Positions 29,371 through 42,479 of a stretch of DNA of 64,000 nucleotides are shown one piece after another (the stretch's first letter is position 1; every line of letters starts with the position of its first letter). The DNA is from Octopus vulgaris (taxonomy: Eukaryota): positions 49,166,001-49,230,000 of the forward strand of contig OX597830.1 of NCBI GenBank assembly GCA_951406725.2, written 5' to 3'. The notes under the pieces were generated by a model that did no database searches, was not told where the DNA came from, and saw only the letters and a list, made by a program, of their open reading frames with translations. A program made the position numbers and the translations under genes.

Positions 29371-29490
29371 CTCTCGTGAACTCTTGCAAAATCTCGTGAA
29401 ATATTGTAAAATTTCGTGAAGTTTGGTAAAATCCCGTGAGCTTTTATGCAAACTGGTGAACTCTCGTAAAATCTGGTAAACTCTCATAAA
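29371..29490. repeat. Degenerate tandem array of 12 x 10 bp, consensus (A/C)TCTCGT(G/A)AA
   Basis: Units ctctcgtgaa ctcttgcaaa atctcgtgaa atattgtaaa atttcgtgaa gtttggtaaa atcccgtgag cttttatgca aactggtgaa ctctcgtaaa atctggtaaa ctctcataaa stay in 10-bp register. Confidence 0.85.
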
Positions 29491-29739
29491 AATGCTGTGA
29501 GTGTTTCTTATATCTCATTAAATCACCATATACTCGCAAAAGACAAATAATTTTAGAATTTCACTGATTGTTGTCGTCGATTTCGTCTTATTTGTTTACA
29601 TTTTATGTTTTATCTGACGTAAGTTGGTGGATTCCGTTGATTTCTTATATATGTGTAGGAGAATGTTGATATTACTAGTAAATTCCTTGTTTATTGGTCC
29701 ATATTTTTTGACGAACCTTGAACCGTTGTTGTAATTATT

Positions 29740-29762
29740 CTGAAAATAAAAGAAAACAAGAT
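29740..29762 (-). promoter_or_regulatory. Candidate 3' splice acceptor for the exon carrying the 85-aa ORF
   Basis: Minus strand CTTGTTTTCTTTTATTTTCAG|AATAAT; the exon would begin at 29739. Confidence 0.55.
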
Positions 29763-30130
29763 TTTAAATAACGTAGTTCAGAGAAATTTAATTATTTTAG
29801 ATAATTTGTAAAATTCTAAATAACAACCAGCCTGACTGTATCAACATCATACATTTAATATCAAATATTGTACTACATTAGTCATAGAAAAGCATTTAAA
29901 CACACGCAGACACACACATATTTAATCTTGATTATAGTAACCGTATAACATGGGGCATCAATAAAAATGTATAGGAAATAGTATATTTATTATGTTAAAT
30001 AAATATTCCTTTAGTGTCATTGGTGAAGTTAGGTTAAACAGCAGGACTATCACTAGCTTGTGAAACGGTTTCAACTGTCTTCTTTTACAGTCATCAGACT
30101 GAAGCTTTGCTGCCTTGAATTTTAATTAAC

Positions 30131-30420
30131 GGTACTTTTTTTAAAGCCGGCTACTTTAACGCAGTAGTTTGTCGAACCGTTAGATTGCAGAGACGTAAGG
30201 ACACCAACACACTGTGCCAAGCAGTGATGGGTGATAAATATAGACGCACGCACATATACACGATGAACGTCTTTCAGTTTCCGTTTACCAAATACACTCT
30301 TAAGGCTTTGGTCGGTCAGAGGCTATAGTAGAAGTTACTAGCCCAAGGGACCACGCAGTGGGACTGAATCCGGGACAACGTGGTAGGGAAGCAAACATCT
30401 TACGACACAGATACACCTCC
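30131..30420 (-). mobile_element. SINE family A, diverged copy
   Basis: CTTTCAGTTTCCGTTTACCAAAT..GGCTTTGGTCGG..CCACGCAGTGGGACTGAA. Confidence 0.85.
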
Positions 30421-31530
30421 GCTTTGCAATGAGTTGTCAACTTTCCAGTTTTCATCTTTCATACTCACCCGAAGAGGATGAAACTCTTTACATGTCACAG
30501 TAACTGAGCCCAGGAAATAATTCGATAAAATTTTAGCTAGATTTATTTTCCCTGACCAAAACATCCTTAAATGTCCAGAATATAACCAGTGTTGTATTGT
30601 GATTTTATACTCATACACACACACATACACACACACACAAACACACACACACACACACACACACACAAAACACACACACACACACACACACATTATTTGA
30701 TAACAGTTTGACTCAGCACCATTCAATTTAGGTTCATTCTACGAGCTTACAAAATTCTATCTCTTCTCTATAAGCCTGACAAGATAGGTTCGTTCAACGC
30801 GTCTACGAAGCGAAACTGCATGGATTTGACTCAAGCTGTTATCAGATATGCTTTGAGTACCACTTCCTTTCGCTTGAACGTTCACTAGGGTAAATCTCGT
30901 TTGGTTATATATTACTAACATGTATATTATCCATACCTAACAAATTAAAATTGTAAATAGCTATAAGGTAACTGAAATGATTTTAAAGTAAAAGAAATGT
31001 AAAGTCCCCTGTTGGGTAGAAATCCAAAGTTACTTGAGAAATGGTAATTGGATGTGTAAAGTTAAAGTATTTATTACGATATACAATCTTTGTCATCGTG
31101 ACCAATTTCCTAAGATTAAATACACAACTACAGTATATTAAACGAACATTTACATTGCTACCCCAAAACTTTGTAAGTTGAAATGTGGTAGAATAGACTA
31201 ATCTTATCAGTAAATCGTTGCATGTCTTTAAAGAATAATAATACACGGCATTCATAGAATATTAATATTAACTTTGGTTTATACGAGTTCGTATAGAATT
31301 ATAAACACGCAAACAAAACACACATTCGATTGGCTCACGTTGTTACACGTTAATACGATCAATCAGCTAGCATGGAGGCCTGTCTTGGAAAAATGTTCCA
31401 CTTTTGATACCGTTTGAAGTCTAATACGGACCACCGAAGTAACTTGTGTGTATGAGCACATATTCATAACACACACACACACATATATATATATATACCT
31501 ACATGTATATTATCCATATCTTACAAATTA

Positions 31531-31692
31531 GGTGTATGAGTGGCTGTGTGGTAAGTAGCTTGCTTACCAACCACATGGTTTCGGTTTCCGCCCCACTGCG
31601 TGGCACTTTGGGCAAGTGTCTTGTACTATAACCTCGGGCCGACCAAAGCCTTGTCAGTGGATTTGCTAGCCGGATACTGAAAGAAGCCCATC

Positions 31693-31694
<2 letters not shown>
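31531..31694 (+). mobile_element. SINE family A, 5' half ending in (TA)n
   Basis: GAGTGGCTGTGTGGTAAGTAGCTTGC...GAAAGAAGCCC. Confidence 0.88.
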
Positions 31695-31745
<51 letters not shown>

Positions 31746-31747
<2 letters not shown>

Positions 31748-32720
31748 GGGTGAGAAAGATATTTGTGGATAAATTTATGCTTATAAAAAAACAGATATAT
31801 AATAAAAGATAACTAAATTTATAAAAAAATGCTATGACGATAAAAAAAAATCTTCTTTTCTAAAATGTTATTCAATAAAGCCACCTTAAGCTTTAACAAC
31901 TGCTTCTATAAGAGATCTAAATCATCTACATATTCGAATCAAATATTCCGGTCCATTTTGGACATTACTCAGACTATGGCAGCTTTCAAGGAATCTTTGG
32001 TTTTTGTGGGTATGTTCATTGACCTCTCTCTCAACAATGCTCCACATGTATTAATGAAATGGATTGAGATCTGGGGAATTAGGAGGCCAAATGTTAGGGG
32101 TTATGTGATCATGAACATTTTCAGCCATCCATTCCTGTGTTACAAGAGCCATATGTGATAGTGCAGTCTTACTGAAACACATATGGCCTTCCATTGCATA
32201 CAGTGTCTATCCAGGGCTTCACAATTGTTTCCAGGACCTCAATGTTGGCGGCAGAGTTAACTCTAAGGCCTTGTGGAAAGAAGTAAGTAGGCATCACGTC
32301 CTTCACATGTCCTGACAATCCATAAAACCATGACAGTTACAGGAAATTTTATATGGATAACACTTGGAACTTCATAAGGGTCTGCACATAACCATCTGTC
32401 ATTTCTTCTATTAACTTGTTGATGTTGGTCGAAGTTTTTCTCGTTTGAGAAAACCCCAAATCAGTTTGTTTAAGAACCTTTAAGATCTGATGTAATGATT
32501 TTGTTTTGCTTTTTCTGACAAATTGACCTTTTCTCATCATATAAGACTTATATCTGATGTCTTCATGGACAACATTTCTGACTGTTCCTTCTGACACATG
32601 GAGATCTTTTGCAATTTACCTCATGGACTTTCTGGGTTTGTAATCAATGGTATGTTGAACTTGCTGGATAAATTCAAGTTTTCTGAGTATTTCAGAGCGT
32701 TTAGAATGCGTTTTGAGCTT
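31746..32720 (-). mobile_element. Degenerate Tc1/mariner-superfamily transposon, maT/DD37D-like
   Basis: TA|CAGGGTG terminus; the minus strand yields HTH-like IAKDLHVSEGTVRNVVHEDIRYKSY, VFQ*D, and TQEWMAENVHDHITPNIWPPNSPDLNPFH*YMW; many stops and frameshifts. Confidence 0.8.
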
Positions 32721-32993
32721 TGATACCGGTGTGTGTGTGTGTGTCTGTGTGTGTGTGGGTGGGTGTTTGTGTGTTTGAGTGTGCATCTCTATGCGTGTGT
32801 GCAAACTTATTGTGTTTTCAAATAATTTCAAAACATACACCACGCTATACTAGCATGTCCGATCACTGTATTTTCAGTGGTATGAAATTAACAGTAGTTC
32901 ATATTTAAATCCAATTTATATTAAATGATAATTATCTCTCATTGAATGAAATACATTTTCGTTGATACCTCCAATAGCGGAACGGCACACTAT

Positions 32994-33047
<54 letters not shown>

Positions 33048-33377
33048 GTATACCTGTTAATCACCCTCTATATATTTATCTAGCTATCTGTCCATCCATT
33101 TACCTATCGATCTGTCCGTCTGTCTGTCCATCTGTTTAACTAGCTCTCTATCTACTTGGTCGTCTATTTGTCCATCATTCTATTTACCTACCTGTTTGTC
33201 TATTTAGTTGTCTATTTGTCTATTTAGTTTTACAAGGAAAGAATGAATGTGAAACTTTTCATATACAAACTTTAGATATAAATTAAATGCGTTATACTTC
33301 TGATTTTTTGTTAGCAATTCTCAAATACAATCTTTGAGTTACATACGTACAGAAACATTAATGTGCATACCTATATA

Positions 33378-33712
33378 CGAGGGGTCTTCATTAAAGATTT
33401 CCCCTGACCCATTCCGGTTATTGCAAGAAACGGAACTTGTAATGGTATAATCATGCACGGCATATTGCAAATTGCAACTTTCCAATAATGTTCGTTTCTT
33501 TTATAGCTGCTGAAGTGGACTAAGGTGTTATAATAGAGAAATTCGAATACAGATCAGTGATCATATTCTTACACTTTAAAGGTCGTACTCCAAAAGAGAC
33601 TTTCGACGAAATGAAAGAAGTTTATGGTGACAATGCACCATTATTCAACATAGTTAAACGTTGGCATCGCCATTTCAAAGGTGGTCGGACATCGGTCGAA
33701 ACTGCTCCGCGT
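33378..33712 (+). mobile_element. Mariner 5' fragment (TIR plus N-terminal HTH)
   Basis: TA|CGAGGGG terminus; 33533-33712 reads (ATA)EKFEYRSVIIFLHFKGRTPKETFDEMKEVYGDNAPLFNIVKRWHRHFKGGRTSVETAPR. Confidence 0.88.
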
Positions 33713-33769
33713 ATGTAATTTTATACCAAATGCATCTATCAAGCTATCTTTCAAGTATTAATAATAATT

Positions 33770-34215
33770 CTTATCAATTTTAGCACAAGATCAGCAACTT
33801 TGAGAGGAGGAGGCAAGTTGATTACATCAACCCCAGTACAACGCATGTAGTTATTTCCTTAAATCCTAAATGATGAAAGGTAAAGTCGACGTCGGCGGAA
33901 TTTGAACTCTGAAGCTAACGAATCGGAAGAACTGCCGTAAAGCATTATTTCCGACGCTCCAAAATATTCTACAAGCCCAGCGCCATCAATAATAATGATA
34001 ATAATCTATTCTACAATAGACACAATACCTGAATATTCTGTAGGAGATGGGGCAATTTAATTATCTCTACCCTGGTACTTAAACGGAACTTATTTTATCG
34101 ACCTCAAAGAAATGAATAGCAAAGAAGACTCGGGCGGAATTTACTCAGAATGCAACGACAAAGAAAATACCGCTAAGTATTTTGTCTGGCGTGCTAATGA
34201 TTCTACCAGCTTACT
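33770..34215 (-). mobile_element. Two head-to-tail SINE family B copies (~33770-33987, ~34005-34215)
   Basis: Both match the reverse complement of family B (AAAGTCGAC..GGCGGAATTTGAACTC); separated by short TAA repeats. Confidence 0.8.
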
Positions 34216-34219
34216 GCAA

Positions 34220-34269
<50 letters not shown>

Positions 34270-34289
34270 ATAATAATAATAATAATAAT

Positions 34290-34541
34290 AAACAATTCCT
34301 ATCATAGTAGGTGCATTAGGCATGATAAAAAAATATTCAGACAAATACATAACAAAAACACCAGGACTTACAAACACATATAACATACAGAAAATTGCAC
34401 TACTAGGCACTGCACACATCCTACGCAGAACACTTTCCATACAATAACCATCAGAGCATCACAACAAATCACAGCACATACCCAAGGCACACAGAGATGC
34501 GCTCGGTAGTAAAGTGAAAGCACGCTATAAAAATAAAACTA

Positions 34542-34544
<3 letters not shown>
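34290..34544 (+). mobile_element. R4/Dong 3' end (~255 bp) embedded in (TAC)n/(TAA)n
   Basis: Only two differences seen by eye versus the 23131-23391 copy. Confidence 0.92.
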
Positions 34545-34602
<58 letters not shown>

Positions 34603-34603
<1 letters not shown>

Positions 34604-35047
34604 CGATTTCAAATTTTGACACAAGGTCAGCAATTTGGGGGAAAGTGGCTAGTCGATTGCATCTACCCCTGTGCTCAACAGGAACTTATTTTTTCAACCC
34701 GGAAAAGATAAAAGGCAATGTCGACCGCGTTGGCTTTTGAAATGACAACATAAAGAGACGGACGAAATGCTGGAAAACATTTCGCCTCACGTGCTAATGA
34801 TTCTGCTAGCTCACCGCTTTATTAACAATCCTTTCTGCTAAAGGTACAAGGCCTGAAATTTTTTGGGGGAGGGGACCAATCAATTACATCGATCCCAGTG
34901 TTTCACTGGTACTTTATCGACCCCGAAGGATGCAAGGCAAAGTCAACCTTGGTGGAATTTGAGCTCAGATCGCGAAGACAGACGAATTATCGCTAAGCAT
35001 TCTTCCCAGTGTGCTAACGATTCTGCCAGCTCGCCACCTACGCCGCC
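34603..35047 (-). mobile_element. Two head-to-tail SINE family B copies (~34603-34818, ~34826-35047)
   Basis: Each ends (plus strand) in GTGCTAA(T/C)GATTCTGC.AGCTC.CC; (TAA)n follows at 35047. Confidence 0.85.
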
Positions 35048-35081
<34 letters not shown>

Positions 35082-36181
35082 GCTGATGCTTGACGCCATC
35101 CCTGCTCAGAGTTAACAATGCTTATATTCTTTCAGTAGATCTACAAATATGAATGTAAATATGTGTTTAAATAGGTTGCATTATTATACCAATAGATATT
35201 CAGAGATAATACAACGTAACTATTGACCTAAAATATCTTTTTTCTTTCCCACCAATTTATTGGCTTCGTATATCTATTAAGTCAATAGATATTTTGTTGA
35301 CTTTACAATATACCGTCTCCAAATATGCCTGTTAGTATTTTAGAAATATCCATTCTTCAAAGAATTGTGTCGGTATCTCATTCCATAATACTGAATTATA
35401 TAGCTAATCTCGTAGAAGATATTGTTTTGTAACCTCAACAGTTTGACCAAAGGTTAGGGATCGACTTATTACAATCTCCTTATAGAGATTATGTTAATTC
35501 GTAAACTTCTGGAAAATATCAATCTCAGTATAACATTCTGAAAACGAAAATAATAAAAAATGATATTGCTGAGTAAAGATTTACTACATTACGAGTGATG
35601 CACTGATATATACTCGTATGTAAACACACACACCATATAAATACATGCACAACATATACATTCACGTAAAATTTCCTATCCTATGTCTTTTATGAAAGCT
35701 AGCTCTATAATTTTCTAAATACCAATTCTAACATAGGAATTCTGCTACTACACCAAAACTACCATCAGGCACCATGGTTATATTTCGCAAAATTCAATCT
35801 TTGTCAATCATTCCGAGCGGTCTTCTGTTTCACAATAATTCTCTGTTTCTCTTCGTCTTCTCTACTTATTTTTGGAGACTCTGAAGAAAGGTCAAAGCTG
35901 AAGTCAGTCTATAAAGTTCGCAGATTCCAGAATATGGATGAAATGGAGGAAAACTCGATACGAAATCTACACTCATCCGTTTAAGACGTGTCGCAAAGTT
36001 GGAGACAATTGTCTAATGGGAAGGTGAAGGTGACAGGCAGATATATTGTTTTATTTAGAGGTTTACGCTGTATAGTCAATAAGCAGACTCTAATACACAC
36101 ACACACTCATATACACACACACACACACTTCACACATACACACATGCATATGCACACATATATTCATATATGTGTGTGTAC

Positions 36182-36218
<37 letters not shown>

Positions 36219-36243
36219 GATGCATACATACATATATACATAT

Positions 36244-36327
<84 letters not shown>

Positions 36328-36330
36328 TAT

Positions 36331-36472
<142 letters not shown>

Positions 36473-36647
36473 TATATATATATAAAATAGACATATATCT
36501 GTGTATGTGCGTGTGTGTTCGATGTACTCTTCGAATTCGTTTCGTATTTAAACCATTATCGACAAATACACGTATCTATATCGGATAATTTGCTCGAATT
36601 TTATGTACTCCTGACCTCTCTCTCTTTCTCTCTCCCCCTCTCTCCCT

Positions 36648-36685
<38 letters not shown>

Positions 36686-37073
36686 GATAAATAATTATTG
36701 CAGAATTAAACCAGAATATTTACACAGAAGTTTCCAATTTACCGTTGAGACTTTTCTATAGTTTGATATGAAGAAGAAAAAAAAAGAACGAAACAAGTAA
36801 CTGAAACCAACGGAAAAGCTAATGAAAGCTTTCAGACAAAAGACGTCCATTTTTTTTTAACACTTTGTAACTGGAAAATAAGTTGAGTAAACAACACAGC
36901 TTGTAGAAAGGTCACGACCAGTTTGGTCATGTTTTAGTAGTTAGCAATTTAAAAAGACATTTCATACTTTTTAATAGCATGCTTATTTATGTCTGAATAT
37001 ACATTCACGCGCACACGCACGCACGCATATAGGTCTGTGTATAATTTTTGTCAGTATCTTTATATATATATAT

Positions 37074-37365
37074 GCCTTGTGAGTGGATTTGGTAGACGGA
37101 AACTGAAAGAAGCCTGTCGTATATATGTATATATATATATATATAAGTGTGTGTGTATATGTTTGTGTTTATCCATCTAGCATTGCTTGACAACCGATGC
37201 TGGTGTGTTTACGTCCCCGTCACTTAGCGGTTCGGCAAAAGAGACCGATAGAATAAGTACTGGGCTTACAAAGAATAAGTCCCGGGGTCGATTTGCTCGA
37301 CTAAAGGCGGTGCTCCAGCATGGCCGCAGTCAAATGACTGAAACAAGTAAAAGAGTAAAAGAGAG
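37074..37365 (+). mobile_element. SINE family A, 5'-truncated
   Basis: GCCTTGTGAGTGGATTTGGTAGACGG...CAAGTAAAAGAGTAAAAGAG. Confidence 0.9.
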
Positions 37366-37366
37366 A

Positions 37367-37403
<37 letters not shown>

Positions 37404-37607
37404 AATATATATATATATTTATATGCATATACACATATATAGGCCTGTATGTGTGCGTAAGTATACATATGTATATATACACACGCAGGCACACACACAC
37501 ACACACACATACATACACAAGCATACCCGAGTTTCGCTTCAAGATAACCTCCGTTCCTATGTATACAATGCATTATTGTGTTTCATACATCATGTATATA
37601 GTATGAA

Positions 37608-37916
37608 CAGTGACCACCGTGACCGACCAGGCTACCAGATGTTGCTACACATCGCTGGTCACAATGCGCTTCGCATCGTTTTAGCCTTCAAATGACGCCA
37701 CCCCGCTGGCTAAGCGAGCAGGCCAACAGAAGAAAGAGGGAGAGAAAGTTGTGACGAAAGAGTTCAGCAGGGACCACCACCAGCCCCTGCCGGAGCCTCG
37801 TGGAGATTTAGGTGTTTTTGTTCAATAAACACTCACAACGCCCGGGCTGGGAACCGAAACCGCGATCCTACGACCGCGAGTCCGCTGCCCTAACCTCTGG
37901 GCGATTGCGCCTCCAC
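37608..37916 (-). mobile_element. tRNA-derived SINE family C, full length, 12-bp TSD ATATAGTATGAA
   Basis: Minus head GTGGAGGCGCAATCGCCCAGAGGTTAGGGCAGCGGACTCGCGG..GGTTTCGGTTCCC (A/B-box-like); TSD at 37596-37607 and 37917-37928; partial copy at 54083. Confidence 0.9.
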
Positions 37917-38209
37917 ATATAGTATGAATAGTATTGGTTTTTAAATAGTCGGTCGATGTCCGTTAATACATTGTCTAAGCTGTGTCCTTGTGTGTTTTTG
38001 TACTGATCAGCGGACAGGTAGTGTTTCAGGGTTCCAGTGAAAGAAGTCTTAGGGATTCATATTCGTTAAGCATTCATTTAGTAAATTAACTATATAACGG
38101 TCGTAGTTGAATGATAAAAATCTGATGTGAATCAGCTTTGTATAATTTTCTCATTCTTTGCTTTCTCCTCTCTTCTTGTATCTGGCGCATTCGCTGTATC
38201 CTGTCATTT

Positions 38210-38251
<42 letters not shown>

Positions 38252-40056
38252 GTAAGAGAGCGAGAATTACATGTATCAACAGTGGCATACTTGTTCGAAG
38301 CATCGTTGACCACTAAAGTGTTGTAATACAGATTATGTTAGTAAAAAAAATTGGAGGTACAAATACACAAGTCTTAACAGTATCATGGATGCTGTAGTGA
38401 TTCGGACTGGCGAAATAAAATTTATTCAGGAGTAAAGCCCGACTCTGAACCAGAGAGAAAGAGAGAAAAAGAGAAAGGGACAGAAAGAAAAAGAGAGAGA
38501 GAGAGAGAGAGGGTGGGAGTTAAAAAGTCCAGAACAGCCCCCAATAAATATTTCAACTTAAACATGCATCAAAGTTTTTAGTCGATAATTACTCGTTATT
38601 TAGTATCTACTATTTCCTCCATTTGCTGTTAATCGTAGATCAACCCCCTATTTATAAACGATAAGTCTAGTGAAGATTAACATAAATTTATATTATAGTG
38701 TATCCCATGTGAGATGCACAGACATATATACAGACATGCACATAAACATACATTATGTATTATATAGATATTGTATATGTATATGAAAGACACGATTACA
38801 GTGTTAAAACGCCTTTTATCAGTCGTCTGATCTGCTTACTCAATGACGAATAGGACTGAACCATTGATGCGCAACTTTATATTTTCTCACGCATGGCCTA
38901 TAATTTTCGATATAGTTCGTAGCTTATTTGAGCATGGATGGGCTACATATCGTATAGTACCGAATAAAAATGGCACTACGAATCCAATGTGAAATGTGTG
39001 TCCCTTAATACTGAGTGAACTGAGATCCTGTTGACAGGCCGCCGCTGGTATTAGATAAAGTGCTAAATGCTTAAATTATGCCAATTGATATTTACAGAGA
39101 ACTGGAACTACTGCTTTCGTGGATTATATAAACAGAGAGGTTGCTAGTTTCCTCTTGGATTGGTCAAAGTGATGTAGGCACCGCTGATGAGAACCCCAAA
39201 AGCTTGGAAAATCGATTAAAGAAGTTCATTATTGTATTCAATTTACTGAGAAATAGTTGAATTTGCCCTATTTATATAGCTGCTACAGAGGTTACAGATA
39301 CATCAAGTAGAGACAGATTCATCATGAAACGCTGCAGATCAATAGCGTCTTCTTGAATATACAAATCACGTCGTTGGCCTCTAAAAATACTGCTCCACTC
39401 TCATTCGGTGGAATATGTGTCCCCGGTTAGTGCGATACTGGACTCAATGACAACACATAAAATAACTAATACTTTATAACTTTACTTCAACTGACATTAG
39501 CGATTAAAACGATAGACTTGGAAACGTTTCAGAAATGATTTGGATTTCGATTAGGATAAAAAAAGAGAAAAAGAGGCGAACGTTTGCGGCTGTTGCTTCA
39601 CACGCACAAACATACAACATATACACATTATAATATATGTCATATTTTATATCATTTTATATTAAGCAATGTTGGATGTTGTAGATATTGTGAAGAGCAC
39701 AGAGTAATAGGTAATAATTATATTACAAAGAAAAATGAAAAAAAAAAAAAAGACTGATCTGTGCGGTCTATACGTTATTCATATAAAGAGCTATCCCTGC
39801 GGGTGATATTGTTTATGAGAGAACGTCTTGCTTCTTGCAGTTCTTTGTCTATGGCGTTCAGTATATCAATTACAACAATATGAAGACTGTCATTCATAGA
39901 TTTTATTTATGTGTCTATTTTCACATATACATAAACACACGCACGCAGACAAGAACACACACTTACACATACGATCACGAGGGCATACATATTCACACAC
40001 ATATACAAATACATATGTGTGTGTGTATGTGTGTTTGTACGTTATTGTGAGTGTGA

Positions 40057-40138
<82 letters not shown>

Positions 40139-41450
40139 ATCGTATGAATGGGTGTATGGAAAATGTGTGTGCGTGTGCATACGTATATTCGCGGAGTAAA
40201 AGTGTATGATAAAGAAAGAAGAGAAAACTTTCGATGTTCTATTATTAGTTGTACGTGGTGAACTGGGGGAATCCAGTCTGGGATCCTGACTTGGTATTAG
40301 AGGTGTTAAAATAAATCTAAGGCAACACTGGTCCCTCTCCCCCCCCCCCACACGTCTCTCTCCCTCTCTCTCTCTCTATACATACACATATAACTAGAAG
40401 TACAATCGCAGATGTAAATTCCATTCAGATCTTAGCCACGAATGGATAGCTGCAGAGAGCTTACAAGATGTCTGCCTGTTTTTTCAAATTCCTACAACTT
40501 TATGTTATATACGCAGACACACAAATACAAATATGCATTTAAGCTCAGCATTTCTACCTTGATTTGCAATCATCCAAAAGGAACTCGGTTTCCCCGTTCC
40601 TTATTCATAAATCTTCCATCTCTATCATCTGTGCAGCTTTGTACAATGTTTTCAGAACCATGCTCAAACATGGTCCCTCTCTTTATTCAGTTGTGAAACG
40701 TTTTGCCTTATTCTAAACCAAGCAGTGCATCATCAATTCTGTGCCCCCTTCTCGCATCTGCTCCACTTCCAAAAGCCTTCTTTTTCTCCTCACTTACCAA
40801 CTCTCAACTTTACCCACTGCTATAAGACCTCACGCGTATTTTACGTCTTCCAGTCAACCCCTGCTGCCCTTCATATCTTCCCTAATCTCAATCTCATCCA
40901 AAAGTTTCCACAAGGGCGCTACTTACCATTTTGTAAATCTTTCGTTTCTGTACTCCGTGGATCCTTCCCTAGTTCCAGAACTCAGAGTCGCGTCTATTTT
41001 TCCCCCCATCAACACCAATTACTGAAAACACTTCTTTCTGATTCTTTCAGTTGTACCCCCGCTAGCATCATGTATTAATCCAAATGCTTCCATTGCAATG
41101 CCCTTATGTAAATGATAAACACGCCACCATTTGGTTGACCGATTTATTAATTAGCAGAAACGTGTCAGTCTTTTCTCTTTTTCGCTCTGCAGTCTACTCG
41201 ACGCGCTATCCTTCCCTGCTAGACTTCAGGGTTCGTGTAGGGCAGCGATGTATATTTTTTATCTCCAAGCATTTCCTGCTTTGGTCATTACTCATAAATC
41301 TTACTTTCCTATCACCACCAGCGATGTTCCCGCCCTCATACGCACAAACACGCATGCACATACAAACGCAAATCACAAAAAAATTATATATCACGCAGAG
41401 ACGCAACGAAAGATACACACAGAACACACACTAAACCAACACGGACTTAC

Positions 41451-41724
41451 CCTAAAGGAAAAACAACCTAATTTTATTATGATTTAAAAGCGGTAAAGAA
41501 GACAAGTGGACGGAAAAGCTGTCAGAGTGGTTTCTAAGAAACAGGAAGACAATGAACAAGATGATGGACAGACTTGACAAGAACCGGAGATCAGGAACCT
41601 GAAACTTCATAGGTTCCGGCTTTGGGCCACAGATTTTGTAACTGAGTTTTTCCAGTTTTCGCAAAATACTGCAATAGATACACACACACACACACACACA
41701 CACATGCACACTCGCACACACGCA

Positions 41725-41759
<35 letters not shown>

Positions 41760-42000
41760 GCGCGCGCACAATTCAAATGGCTCATACGCTCTCACATATC
41801 TTTGAAGACCAGACTTAGATGGCCCATTACTTCCGGTCAGTGAACAAACATCACTGGTTAACATAAACAACACAACAAGGCAATTTCACCTTAGCATTTT
41901 TCCATTTTTATTTTAACTTTGTGCTCGCCATTGATTTCTTCCCATTCTATTTCGAAGTAGTACAAGGTCCAAAGCGCCACCATTGATTCGCCAATTCTCC
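41451..42000 (-). promoter_or_regulatory. Candidate first exon and proximal promoter
   Basis: Consensus donor G|GTAAGT at 41451/41450; upstream ETS-type CCGGAAGT (41829-36), TGGGCC, CCAAT, CGCGCG; locally more GC/CpG-rich and TE-free. Confidence 0.3.
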
Positions 42001-42118
42001 TTGGAGTAATGAAATAACTTTGATGATAAATGTATCCAGTCATGTTGCGGCTTTGTTTCCTTTACCTTAGACACAGAGACACAGAGACACAAAGACACAG
42101 AGACACACATACACACAC

Positions 42119-42267
<149 letters not shown>

Positions 42268-42281
42268 TATATATATAATAA

Positions 42282-42336
<55 letters not shown>

Positions 42337-42350
42337 CATATATATATATA

Positions 42351-42479
<129 letters not shown>

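Noticed and set aside
37840-37916. tRNA-like sequence (also 43391-43470 and the SINE A/B heads)
   Set aside because: Has A/B-box-like motifs but no complete cloverleaf, and continues into SINE bodies with TSDs.
40442-41434. Cluster of 84-117-aa plus-strand ORFs
   Set aside because: C/T-rich biased sequence depleted of stops; overlapping frames with S/P/F/L-rich low-information translations.
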